64,000 nt of DNA from Lama glama (taxonomy: Eukaryota). Positions within the stretch are counted from its first letter, which is position 1. Each line of letters starts with the position of its first letter. Positions 24,301 through 37,300 of this stretch are shown here, in pieces. The stretch is from contig CM052818.1 of NCBI GenBank assembly GCA_028534125.1, positions 30,754,001 to 30,818,000 of the forward strand, in the 5' to 3' direction. The notes below the pieces were generated by a model. The model saw only the letters and a list, made by a program, of their open reading frames with translations. It searched no databases and was not told the DNA's origin. Both the position numbers and the translations under genes were made by a program.

Positions 24301-27300
24301 CACCCCATCTCTTCCTGTAAATCCCTCCACCTGCTCCTACTTCTGAAATAATTTTTGTCTCCACCTTGTCTCTTCTGCTGCTTGCAGCACTGAGCTATTT
24401 TGCTAGATCTTAGGGGTAAGGTGAAGTTGTGGGGAGGTTAAGGTCAAGGCAGTAACAGGGATGATAATTCTGGTGATGGGGTTGATGACGAGGAAGACAG
24501 TAACAATTCACATGTACCAAGCACCTCAGAGGCCACCAGGCACTGTGATGAGGGCTTTCTCATTCTTTATTCTACTTTATCTTCTAAGTCTTTCAATTTA
24601 CTGATGTGGAAACAGGCACAGAGAGACCAGGGCCCTTGCTGGGGTTGGGATCACAGAGTAAACTGGGCAGTTGACTCCAATCTGGCCATCTGATGCCAGG
24701 GCAGGTGATCATAACCATCACACTATCCTGACCCTGCCTCCCCACCCCCCGTCCAGAGCTGGCATGACTGATGCTCCTGATGTAGTGCCTATGGGACATC
24801 CTCGCGTGGGCAGGCAGCAGCTCAGCTTTTACAGCTGAACCCCTCCCCCCAAGTCGTTGTCCCCGCCTATGCTGCCCATTCCCCCAGGCAGCATCACCTT
24901 GGCCAGCCTGGCTCTCTTGATGAGGTCATTCAGCTTGCGCAGGGCAGCATTTCGTGGCAGACTCTGTATGTCGCGGAACAGATCCTGCTCCTCAGCCTCA
25001 AATAGCTTCCGGTTGTCTGGGATGAGAAGGGGGTGGGACCAGAAGGAGCCGATGTAGACCCGGATCACCTCGGGGGTGTTCACGATCTTCCCCAGGGACC
25101 ACATGAGGGCCCCGTACACCCGCATCAGCTGCTGCGTCTCGATCTGGTCGGCCTTGTTCAGCACCACCCGCATCTTGTCTTCGTGGTTCTTGAGGGCTTG
25201 AATGACTTCTGAGAACTCGTCAGAGATGTCCAGCTTGTGGGCGTCAAAGAGCAGGATGATGCGATCCACACGCTCGGCGAACCACTCGAGGACGGCAGCA
25301 AAGTCGTACCCTGCCGGCAGAGCAGAGTCAGGGGCCGGGGACTTGGGGGCACAGGGTAGGGGTTTGGGGAGAGGCAGCCAGTGCTGTAGAAACAATGTCT
25401 TGGGAGTCAGATCTGGGTTCAAATCTGTCTCCTCCACATTTTCACTATTTGGCTTTGGGCCAGTTGCCAAATGTCTCTGAGTCTGTTTTTCCATCTATAA
25501 GTGGGCCTACTAATAGTATCCAGCTAATAGAATTTTAAGGACTAAAGACACTCGGAGCCCAGCACCCAGCAGCTGCTCAGTAAATGCTAGTTATTATTAC
25601 TAACATCATTATCCCATAAAGCACAACTACCATCCAGCTTCCCTATCATTGCTTATTGTATTTAGCAGCCAGGAGCCCTGCCTGAACACATTTTGAATAA
25701 AGACCTATAAATTTTTTAACAAGGCCTGAAAACTGGGGAAGCAGAAAAATGTAAGATATAGATGATGGTTCAGACCAGATCACTGGTCTGGATGAAATCT
25801 GAGGCTCTTGACACATGACTTGTTCTCATGCTGGTTCATGAGCTCACTTCTTTCCTTACTCACTGGATGCAGCCTCCAAATTCCTAGCTCTTAAAACCAC
25901 AAGGGATTTCTTCCTTAGGATGTGACAGATCTCTAACTGCCATGCCTTGGTTATTGGGTACTGAGCTGCCTCAGATCAGGCTGGTTACAGGAGCCCCACA
26001 GCACCTGCTCCACTCAACCCCAAGTAGCACTGGATCTGGGAGGGGCTGGGGAGGGTCATGTCAACAGTCTGCAGATTCAGCCTCATATTCACTGACCCTT
26101 AAGAGCTGGAAGCAGCCTCACCTCTCTGTGCCTCAGTATCTTCTTCCAGAAAACAGAGGGCAATAGATGGTCAAGTGAGGCTCAGAGAGGTAAAGTGACT
26201 TGCTCAAGGGCACACAGCCCAGGAGCAGCAGCACTGGGATGCAAATGGCGGTAGCAGGCCTGCCGCCACTCCCCAGTGCCACACCTCTGGCAAGAAAGTC
26301 GGAAGTCCAACGGTAGGATCAACAACCCTGGCTCCCACTACAACGGTTACAGAGGCATATACCCTGGGGCCCTAAGCTGATTGCCACCACTGAGTGGGAG
26401 ACTGAGCGATCAGGAAAAAGCCAGCCAGCAGTCCCTGCCCTGCTTCATGAAGGAGACTAGAAACCAGGGCGGGTCACTAGGCAGCCGCCTTGCAACTGAG
26501 TCAAACTGAAGCTGCTCTGATCGCCTGTACCAGCGGTTCTCAACTTGAGCAGAATCCCCTGAAGGGCTTGTTAAAACCCAGATGGCTCAGTTCGCAATTC
26601 AGTTCACACCACAACCTCATTTCACCCTCACAGCACCCTCAGAGGCAAGCACAGTGAGAAGTAATATCCTTCCCAGACAAAAACCTGAGTTTCCGGGATG
26701 AAGGCTCAATTGTGGGCCAGTGGGGGTCTAGGACTGGACCGGGCCAGTGGGGTTCAAGGACTGGACCAGGCCGTGGGGCCCTGGGCTCCCTGCACAGGCC
26801 AGGCGGGCAGCGGTCCTGCACCTGGCACTCCCTGCCTCCCCCACTTCCCATGCACAGGCCCAGCCAGCAGCTCCCTCGGAGCCTAGGAGGCCCCTACACT
26901 CCTGCTCCAGGTGGGCCTGCAGCCTGTACCCACTCCCTCCCCTCCCACCCTCCCTTCCCTGTGCTGGCTCCAGGATATTATTAATCTCTTTCAGCCAGAT
27001 GGAGGGCAGTCTCAGTCTCACCAACCAAAGGCAGTCCCCCAGAGCTGGGGGCAGGAAGGGGGCCAGAGGGCTCAGAAAATCAGGGCAACCTACTCGCCTC
27101 TCCCAACCTTCCCACCCAGAAACGGGGTCACGGCCTTGCTGCTGTGGTGCCTGCAACTCTCACAAGCCTGCCCTCCCCGTGGCAGCAGGGCTCGGAGGCC
27201 TCTGGCACTCTGCTGAAACCTATTCCCAAATCTCGCCTGACAAGGATTTAGCTGTGTCAGTACAGGCCATGGTGTGTGTGTGGGGGGCGCAGCTGGGAAG

Positions 27301-30300
27301 AGCTGCTGCTGCCCCCCAACTCCACACCGTGTCTCCCCCCCCACCCCCCCGCACAGCCCATTTCCGCCCTCAGAGCTCAGCACACAGCCACTGGGCAGCC
27401 AGAGCAGCCAGCCCTGGGCGCTTAACGACAAGGCTCAGAGCGGGTGAGACGTGCCCAGGGCCACGCAGCTGTGGGAGGATCAGGACCAGAACTCAGGTCC
27501 TCCCACCCCAAGCCCAGCGCTGCAGCCACCCATGGGCTGCGGAAAGTGAAGGGGCCAGAGAAGCTTCGGAGAAGAGCAGGGCTTTGGAGGGGGTGGGGCA
27601 AACCCCAGCAACCTGACCAGCCCCACCGCGTGGGGTGGGGGTGGGGGGGAGAGTGACAGCACAGGTCACTGCTGCCGGAACAGCACAGCCCCTTGCCTGT
27701 TCCTGCCCCCAGGGCCGGGTCAGGCGCCCTCGGGCAGACCCACCTCTATGCTCACGCACAGAACCATGGGAACCGTGGAAAGCGTAGGGACCTACGGGAC
27801 TGTCATTGGATGCGTCATCCCCTCACTGCCCTGGGAGCAGGGTGGGGCAGGGCCAGGAGAGGTCGTCCTTCTCAGCTTCCCTGCGCCCAGCACGGTGCCC
27901 AGCACACAGAAGGTGCTCGAGCAGTACTGGCTGAACAGAACTGAAATGTGAGCCCTGTTCTGCCTTTTATATCCTGGGGACAGTGAAAAAGTCACCCCCA
28001 GGCCTCAGTTTTCTGGTCTCTGAACTAATCCACTAGACCCTGCCAGAGGGTTGCTGTGAGAATCCAATCAAAGAAAAGGATGCTGGTGAGACCATTTGCC
28101 TGTGACCCTGGCCGTTCCTCTGGCTCTGCCCCCTTCCAAGCGCCAGTTTCCATGAGATAGGTATGCTCTGAAGGGGTCACCTGAGGAGCACTGGCCAGGG
28201 CAAGCTCACCTCTAGTCTCTGCTCAGCCATTAAACGGCTGTGTGTCCTTAGGCAAGCAGCCTTCCTTCTCTGGTCCTTGGTTTCTCTCTGCCTCTTAAAC
28301 CAGGGGGTTGGACTAGATCTCTGGATTTCCTTTCTTAGTTCACCAGTCCCTGCTTCTGAGACTGGAGGTGTGACGGTGGGGAGTACAGCAAGATGGAGTT
28401 TAGTCACAAGGAAGCTCTTGCAGGACGGGGGGACAGAAGGCTGGGGGCTGTGGTCTTAAACACCCCAGGTGCCTATGTGAAGCCTGCTCCTGTCTGAGGA
28501 CAGGTGGATGGCTTTGGGGAAACCTTTCCAGGATTTCGCAAGCACAGAGGCCTTCAATTCACCCTCTAGTTTTGCAAATTTTGCATGCCCTGGCAAGCAG
28601 CTATCAAATCACAAACTCAGTAATGCAGGTGCTTTCTCCCCAGGTGTGGCTGCATAAGCGTTAAGTGAAGACTCTGTGGGCTTTCTCTGCAGCTCAGCTT
28701 CCCTGCTCCTGACTGTTCAGAGCCCAGCAGCCTCCAGGCTGGGTATCTAATTATTTCTGTGGATTGGGTTTATGCGTATCAGCTGTCCCATTTATTTTCT
28801 ATGTGGCCTTGGGCAAGTCTGATTCTGTTTTCTTGGCTGTAAAATGGGATAAAAATGACTGACTGATGAGGGGTCAATAGTAGAACCACGGCAACAAGAT
28901 AGTGGAGGGAGGGCCCAGACTCAGTCTGGAGGCTCTGCCGTGATGTCTGGGGAGACAGGCCCTCTTTCCTCCGCTGGTCCTAGGAGAATGGCTCTGAGGC
29001 CCACAACAGGAGCCCCTGAGCACCTGCTGCAGCCCGAGGGCTCACGAGATGTGGACTAGTGGGTGGTGGGAGAGTCAAGCTCCGAGAGACTGACGGTGAA
29101 GCTGGCCTTCCTGGAATTACCCATAGCAAGTCTGCTGGCTCCAAGAGATCTGGTCTGCAGGCACCAGAATCAGACACTGGGCAGCCTGCAGGGATCTGGG
29201 GCTCTCCCTACTGCCCCCAGGTTCCAGAGGACTGCAAAGAAAGCACTTCTAAGTGATGGCAGGCAGAGGAAATCGATGAGACAGTAAGCGCAGCAACTCC
29301 TGAGTCATCCCTGGCTTCCTCCCCGGCCTGGAACGCAGTGCCCGGTGCTGACAAGGCTCACTGCTTTGTGTTTGCAGCCACGCAATCTCATCTGATCCTC
29401 AGAACTCTCCATGTGTCAGGAGGTAACCAGCCAAGGGAAGGGGACAGCGGATAGGGAAGGGAGAGGGACAGAGAGGCTAAGGGGCTCACCCAAGCTCACA
29501 CAGCCAGGTGGTGGCAAACTCAGGACCCAGACCCTTGATTCTCATCCACACTCCTTTCTTGGCTCAGAGCCCTGCGAGGCTGGAGCTCAGGGGTCTGAGC
29601 CCTCCCACCAGACACTTACTTGTGGTGGGTACATAAAAGGTATGATCCTGCCCCCAAAGTCTCTTTCAATATTTGAAGACATTTTAGCAAAAGAGAAATT
29701 AAAAGAATGTGGGAAGAGTTCAGACAACAATTGGGAACAGAGGTCACACTGCGTGCCTCCCAGAAGTAACCTTGAAAAGTGGCCCAAGAGACTCATCACA
29801 GGCCTCTCAAATGACAAAAGGTGTCGGCGAGCCCTTTGGAAGGGACTCAGGACTCTGCTGCTCTGTCTCCGCAGTGATGCCCCCAACGGGCATGTATGTA
29901 CCACATGTGGTCTGGGGCCCCAGAAGCCCCAGAAAATGACAGGACAGGCCGGGGATGGGAGGCTGAGGATCAGCCTAGACCCTCTGAGGTCCCTCAAGGG
30001 AAACTTGTAGGTGAGAGTTTGCCTTCACTCCTCCTCCCTGTGCTCCTTCCAGACAGGCCACGATAATGTGCTGAAAGGCACTGTGCTGGGAACCGTGGGG
30101 ACGAGAGTCCCCATCCCAGTTCTGAGACCGGGCAAGTTTTTACCTGCTCCGGCCCCACCGAGCTCACCTGTACAGGACCGGGTCTGCTGGGAGTGATGTG
30201 AACCACATGTGGAGGGGTTGCTTTTCAAGGGTGGGGCCTGTGGGGATTTCTCGCTGAGATGCTGACAGGAAATGTGGTTCCCAAGTGTGAGGACACTCGG

Positions 30301-32665
30301 CTTCCGGAGCCCTCCCACTCCCACTGCATCCTTGCTTCTTCCCAGTAATGAGATTGGGCTGGGCACATCCTGTCACTTCCAGGAACTGCCTCCCAGCCCC
30401 TCTCCTGCCCATCCCAGTGCATCTGCCTCTAGAGACAAGGGCGGGACCGGGACTTCCAGGGCTCAGGCTCCCGGATGTCCCCTGCTTCCTCTCTCCCCTC
30501 AAGACACTCACTGCAGCCCCGGGCCCAGGCAGAGAGGCCACAACCTGAACAAGGACCTCACTCTGCCCAGCTCTGGCCCAGGGCCTGGGTGCTCCCTCCT
30601 GTGAAGCCTGCGGCCTGGGGAGCCCTTGAGAGTAGCTCTCTTTCCAGAATGTGGCACACCAGGGCCGCAGCCCAGAGGTAGCTCTGTGTGGACTTGACAG
30701 CAAGTCCTGTTTTTCTGGTGAGACACAGCCGTGTGCCTGGCGGGAGGCCTGATGGGCGGAACGTGGGCTGGATTTCAGGCTTGACACGCCCTCAGACAGG
30801 TGCGCTCCAGCAGGGCTACCCAGGGGCCATGCACGGACTGTCCATGGGGCCCTGCCTGGCCCTGGGATGGAGGAAGGCAAGAAGCACCAATTCGAGTTCT
30901 GAGAGCCCCTGGCAAGAAGTGTGCAAAGTGTGTTGGGTTCTGTGCACACGCTGCATGTACGTGTGTGCGCAGGCGGGAATGGAGGGAGTGTGGGGGTGTG
31001 TGTGTAGCTATAAACTGAACTACAGGTTCTCTGGCTGATTTTGAGGAAGGTCTCTTCACACTGGAAACTTTCCTCATTTGCCTCTGACATCTGAGGGGGC
31101 CTGATATTCCCTGATTTTCCGGTCTCTGTGGAACGCTGAGGTCAGCACTGCCCTGGGCTGACGATGCAAGACTGAGTGGCAACCCAGCTCTCAGCTCTTT
31201 TTTTTTTTTTTTTAATCACAGGCTACTTCTGCCAGCTGCATTTCTAGTCTAGACTCAGAAGGGCAGAGAACAAACTGGCCTGTGTAGATATCATAGGACC
31301 ATCACTCCTCCCAGAGGTAGGGAGGGACCTGGTGCTTAGTCAGTGAGGGGTGGGAGGGGACAGGAAGGACAAGCAAGAAAACCAAGCCCCCAGTTTGCCG
31401 TGGAGCAGCCACTGAGTTCCAAAGATAAAGGCAGGAGAGAAGATACAGGAACAGGAAAAGAAGGGAATGGAACAGAAGCTGAGAAGGCAGGAGTCCCTAG
31501 AAGCGGGGCAGCCACATACAGCTGCACAGGCTGTGCACTGCACAACTGCAAGGGAGGCCACTCACATAGATTCCCTTGGGGTTGGATAAGGGGTGGCCCT
31601 GGCTGGCAGATAATGGAGAGGGAACGGAGCTCACCAGGATCCAGACCCAGAGCTGATGTCTGTATTTCCATTACTGTCTGTGGACCTCACTAGGTCAAGT
31701 GATGGATATCATTACCCTTTGCTACACACGGGGACATTAAGGTTCAGCGGGAAACAAATGTGACCTGTGGAGACCCACAGGTTCTAAAACCCAGTGCTCT
31801 GAACTCCCAATCCAGTGCCCCTGGAAACCCCGAAGGCTGGAGTCCCCTCTGGACCCACCCACCTGTCAGGCTGCACTGGCCTTGCAGGTCCACATGCCAC
31901 CTACCCTAGATAGTTCAGGTCAAGAAGTTGGCCTTCCCTGAGCCTTCCTTGAGGAGGCTGTGTGAAACAGTAAATCCCCTGTAAGCCTAAACTCAGAATG
32001 AGTCTAGATGAACCCTTAGGGGGTGAGGGTGGGGACTGGATGGAGAGAGGGACTATTTAGGGAGACAAATAAAAGCAAGAGAGAGCCGCCCAAGCTGCCC
32101 CTCCGTGGGGCCCTAAGCAGAGCGCCAGGGTGCTTACAGAGGGCAGGCCGGCCGGAAGGAGCGGGTGAAACAGCCCTCCCCGCCCAGGGCAGTGGGTTCC
32201 ATGCTCCCCTCACCCACGAGGCACATGCGAGAGGAAGGCAGATAGTCACCTACAGTCAGTTCGGGGGAGAGTTCCGGCTGCTGCCCAGAGGACTCCTGCC
32301 TGTCCAAAGTCTTCCCTTCCGGGAAGCTGGCTTCTGAGTGCTGATTTGGCTCCAGCCCAGCTCCCAGCTCCAGTATTGGGTGGGTGTGGCTTCATCAGCT
32401 TTTCTTACCAGAAATAGAGTACATGGCATAGAAAGGGTAGGGGGCTACCCAGGGCACACAGCAGGGTGTGGCAGGAGAGGCTGGGAGTGGGGAGCCAGGA
32501 GCTGTAGTTTCAAGCTTTTTACAGAATCCATCTAGTATTTTAGAGCTAGAAAAAAACAATGATGATGATGATCTGTAACATCTCATGTTTCTCAGGCACT
32601 CACTAGGTGCCAGGCAGGGAGCTTTTTACCTGCACTATTTCTTTTAATCCTCAGACAGCACTATA

Positions 32666-32702
<37 letters not shown>

Positions 32703-34338
32703 AAGAGAGAGGAAGGAAGGAAGGAAGGATGGAAGGAAGGAAGACAGGAAGAAAGGAAGAAAGAAAGATGTCCCCTCCTCTACAGATGAACAAGCTAAAG
32801 GAAAGAACCCTGTCAAGGTCACCCTGCCGGGAAGCATTAGAGGCAGCTTGGAACTCTGGCAGCCTGGCCCGAGTTCATCTCCTAACCACCACGACAACCT
32901 CCCTTGATGAACAGTTACCCCACATCTGTCGGGACTGAGCAGTTGTCAAATGCTTTCACATACAGCATCCTAGTCTGATGCCCAGAGCACACAGCCATCC
33001 TCACGCTGTCGGTGGAAGTGCATCTGCTTCCCTGCAGAACTGTACCCCCTAATCCCTGGGGCAGGGATGGCAGGAACTTCAGAAACAAGCCAGGGTCTGG
33101 CCCATGAATAAACCCGATGAGGTGAGTAAGGCAGACAGTCATGTCTCCATTTCACAGATGAGAAGACTGAGGCCAGTGGTGTCCTGAGCTACAGTGGACC
33201 CGAACTTGTCCACTGGCCCCTGCCTAGGATGACCCCACACGGCACACGAGGCACTGCTGGCTCGTTAAGAGATAGCAAGGCCCCGGGAGCCTCTTTCCTG
33301 GGATAGAAGTGAGAGAACAGACCAGAAAGAACACAGCGCAGAGCCAGAGGCAACCCTTCCAGGTGCCCCACTTACCTCGACTGATCCTTTGCTTCTCCCC
33401 AGAGAGGATCCCCGGCGTGTCAATGACGCTGATGCTCTCCAGCACGGGGTTGGGCAGCTGGGCACACACGAACCTGCATGGGAGGAGAGGGGACCTACAG
33501 TGAGCCACCATCCTGTGGTCTCTCGAAACCCTCCTTGCGGCCGCATCCTAACCCTTCCTGCCCTGGGGCAGAGGTTTTGAAGCCTGGCCACCTTCCAGTG
33601 GGCCCAGGAGCTGTACTTTGAGGACACTCCCAGGGTGATCCTCAGGCAGCTGGGGTCCTAAGTTTGTGAGCCCCTGCTGTCGGGGACACCATGATGTCCA
33701 GACCCCGACCTCTGCCCCACAGGGAGCACAGGTATGAACAAGAACAACCACAATATGACATGCGATGGGACCAGCACCCCAAGGGAGGTCTGAAGGGCTC
33801 GGGACATCTAAGGTGAAGAGAAGGCTTCCAGGAAGGCTTCCTGGAGGAGGCAGCACTGAAGCTGGCCTTGAAGAATGGGTCACACCACTCAGGAACATTT
33901 ATCTGGGCCTATAAAAGGCTGTCCAAATACCAAACGTTGCTATTAAGATAGCAGTCAAGCCTTACTCAAGGAAATATTTCCAGTGTTACCTCCCAAAGTC
34001 TCAAAATACAAATTGGGAAGCAGAACCTAGATCCTTCCTCCTTCAAGCCTTCTCTCTTAAACGCCATTTTTGGCGGAAGCCAACAGGTATCCGACTATCA
34101 CAGGTACATCACATGGTCCCATAGTCCCAGGGAACAGACAGGGAAAGGAGCCTCTGCTACCCAGGGAGATGGCTGCAGAGATACAGGTTAGGTGAGGAGG
34201 CCTGGGAGGCCTGGGAAAGAGGGTTGGGGAAGCTTCACAAGGAGGCAGAACTTGCACTGAGATCTTAAAAGATGACCAGTGTTTACCAGGTGGACGAGGG
34301 TATGGGCAGGAAGCCAGGGTACATATATGTGTGTCTGA

Positions 34339-34369
<31 letters not shown>

Positions 34370-37300
34370 TCTGTGTGTGTGTGGTGGAGAGAAGACAGCA
34401 GTTCCAGACTGAGACAAGGAATAATGGAGAGAGAGCCGTGTTAGCGGGTGAATGGTGTCCTCCAGAGAGATCTGCTGAAGTCCTGCCCCCAGTAGCTCAG
34501 AATGTGACCTTATTTGGAAATAGGGTCATTGTAGATGTAATCAGTTCAGATGAGGTCATACTAGAGTAGGGTGGGCCCCTTATCCTTATAAGACAGGAGA
34601 GCGCTATGTGAAGACACAGACAGGCACAGAGGGAAGGTGGCCCTGTCAGGATGGAGACAGATTGGAATTCCGCTGCCACACGCCCAAAAATGCCCGGAGT
34701 AAGCAGAAGCCAGAAGGAGAAAAGAAGGATCCTCCTCCAGAGGCTTTGGAGGGAGCCTGGCCCTGCCAACACCTTGATTTTGGACTCCTGGCCTCCAGAA
34801 CTCTGAGTCAAGAGTTATTTTAAAGCCACTCAGTTTGTGGTAATTTGTTCTGGCAGCCCTGGGGAACTAATAGAAGCAGGTGTGAGTCCAGCAGAGAAAT
34901 GCGAGAGAGAGAGACTGAGAGAGAGCGAGAGCAGGCACCATGCCAGGGGGGGACTCATCACTAAGGTATAGTCGGAAGGCTGGAGCACGAAGACACCGGC
35001 CGGATAGGGGGGCAGAGGCCGGATCACCAGGGCCTTGAGGGCCGCATTAAGAAATGTGGATTTTACATGGAGGGCAGTAGGAACCCATTGGAACATTTTC
35101 AGCAAAAGAGTGACACAGTCCAACATGATGGTTGTCAGCCTGTCCAGTTCACTTCAGCAAATCTTGATGCAGCATCTGCTGTGTTTGTGGCGCCCTGCTA
35201 GACACCAGGGCAGAAAAGTGGCATAGGACATGGCAGCCCCTGTCCTATCCAAGCTGATGGCTTCCCTTATGCCAGGGGCCCAGCCACACCCTGGTCCTTA
35301 GGTTCTAAGGCACACCCCAGAATTTCTTTCTACAAGAAATTCCACATTTTGCTGAAGCCAGTTTGAGCTGGGTTTCTGTCACTTGGTGACCAGAAGGTCA
35401 TGAACGTGGGGCTGGTGTCTGGGGTCACGGCTGTTGTCAAGGCATCACCCAGGCCAGGCACATGGAGAGAGAAGGGCAAAAGGCTAAGGGTGACACCAGG
35501 TCACAGGAGCCAGAGAAGAAGGGGACCAGAGGAGACTGGAGAGGGAGGCAAGAGGAGGACCAAGCAGTGGAGAGGGGATGGAGATGGAGAGAAACCAATA
35601 CCGAAGGGAGATGGGGTAACGAAGGATGGAGAGTGCTCCTGGCTTATCACTAGAAGGTCTGGATGACCTTCACATGGGCAGCTGCGACAGGGGGAAGCCA
35701 TGTTCCGCAGGTTAGGGGACAGGAAGAAGTGAGGAGATGAAAATTGGTATGGGTGGAAAGTGAGAGCGGGAGTTGGTGGGGCCTCCTGTAGGGTTTTCAA
35801 GAGGAGATTGTTCCATGTGGAGGAGAAGGAGCCAAGGGAGGGTGGAGCTGTAAGAAGGAGAATACCTGATGGGGCAGTCCCTGGGAAGGTGGCCCCGACG
35901 CACACTGCAGGGAGGGAAGAGGCCGACCTTGAGGGGAAAGAGAGGACTCCACTCTCTGTAGGCTGGGGGGAGGGAGGACCGATGCAAATAAACGCCGTGT
36001 ATGGACAGATGAAAACAAACCGACTACAGGGCATCCATGGAGATGGGCTTCCATCCTCTCTAGAACAGGAAGCAAGGTCATCTGCTGGGCGAGGAGGCTG
36101 GAGTGTTTGGAGAAGGGGAGAGGGGATGTCGAGGGATGCGAAGAAGACCACTGGGCAGCACGGAGATGGGAAGCAGACGTCTGAGGTGTAGCCTCCCTGC
36201 ATGTGGCTGCAGGGAGGGAAGGGGGCTTTCCCCCACAGCCCCCATTCCTTGTTATTCCCCCAATGGATGTGCTTACAGAAGAGCAGAAACCTTACAATGC
36301 CTTCTATGTATGTACGCAGTGTGGTTATGTTCATCAGAGTATTCCTGCATTAAGCCACATTCTTTTAATTTTCCCTGCTTATATATATTTTTCCCCATAT
36401 CTCTGCCTGGAATATCCTTAAAAAAAAAACCTTTCAGTGTAATTTCATTCATCATCAAACATTTGTGTCAAATGCCAACTTTTCTACAAAGTCCCCTGGC
36501 CTTGGAGGACAGTATTACTATTATCCTATTTTACAGATGGAAAGAGCGAGACACAGACAGTTAGGTGATCTAAGATCCGTGGTGCTATTTGGTAGAATTT
36601 GAACTCAAGTTGGTCTGAAGCCAATGCCTATAGTCTTTACCTTTACTCTAAATGCCTTCAATTAGAGGAAGCAGCTTAAAAGAATTTTAATGTAATACAC
36701 ATGCACAATTGTGGTGTGGATACAACAAGTGTGATGGGGGGCCAGCCTGCATTCCAGTTGAGCAGAATAATGGGGAGGCCCAGGTCAGCTTGCCAAGCAT
36801 CTCTAGAGCTTCCTCCACTCAAATCGACCCAGTGACCCTGGTGTCTGCAGGCTGACTTATCCCAGGGAGGTGACTGGTCCAAGGTCACACAGTGAGTTTG
36901 GTAGGAGGGTCAGTACTCAAAGCCAGGGCTTCTACCTTAAGTCCAAGCTCCTTCCCCCAAGTACCAACAATGTCCAGAATCAGAGGGGAACCTTCCCTTG
37001 CCTCCTTCCAGGTGAATTCAAATCCCTTCCAGAGTCTAGGAAAAAGCTGAGAACCACACAGAGCAGCCCTCTGTGCTTTTGTTGGAGAGAGGTGCAGATT
37101 CGAGAGATGTGATTTAACTAGTTGAACCTTTCCCTGCTCCTTGATAAGGAGAAATCAGCCCGGCATTTGCAGCTTGCATATCCCTAATCAATGGTGGTCA
37201 TTCCCAGCAAGAAAGGGACAATCAAGAGAGATTTCAGGTCTGGAAAAAGTACAGACTTCCAAGTCCCTGCTCCGCCCTCTCACTTCTTACACTCCAAGAA

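Noticed and set aside
25311..25494. ORF extension upstream of exon 4 (MEKQTQRHL...)
   Set aside because: Starts inside a MIR, and a good acceptor at 25311 restores the conserved EHD3 frame.
26747..27616. 289-aa plus-strand ORF in intron 3
   Set aside because: Low-complexity P/A/R/G-rich translation of GC-rich intron, non-ATG start, no family resemblance.
30164..31090. 308-aa minus-strand ORF in intron 3
   Set aside because: No domain similarity, includes CA-repeat-derived sequence; consistent with stop-codon scarcity in GC-rich DNA.
35501..36334. 277-aa minus-strand ORF in intron 2
   Set aside because: S/P-rich translation of pyrimidine-rich, partly L2-derived sequence.
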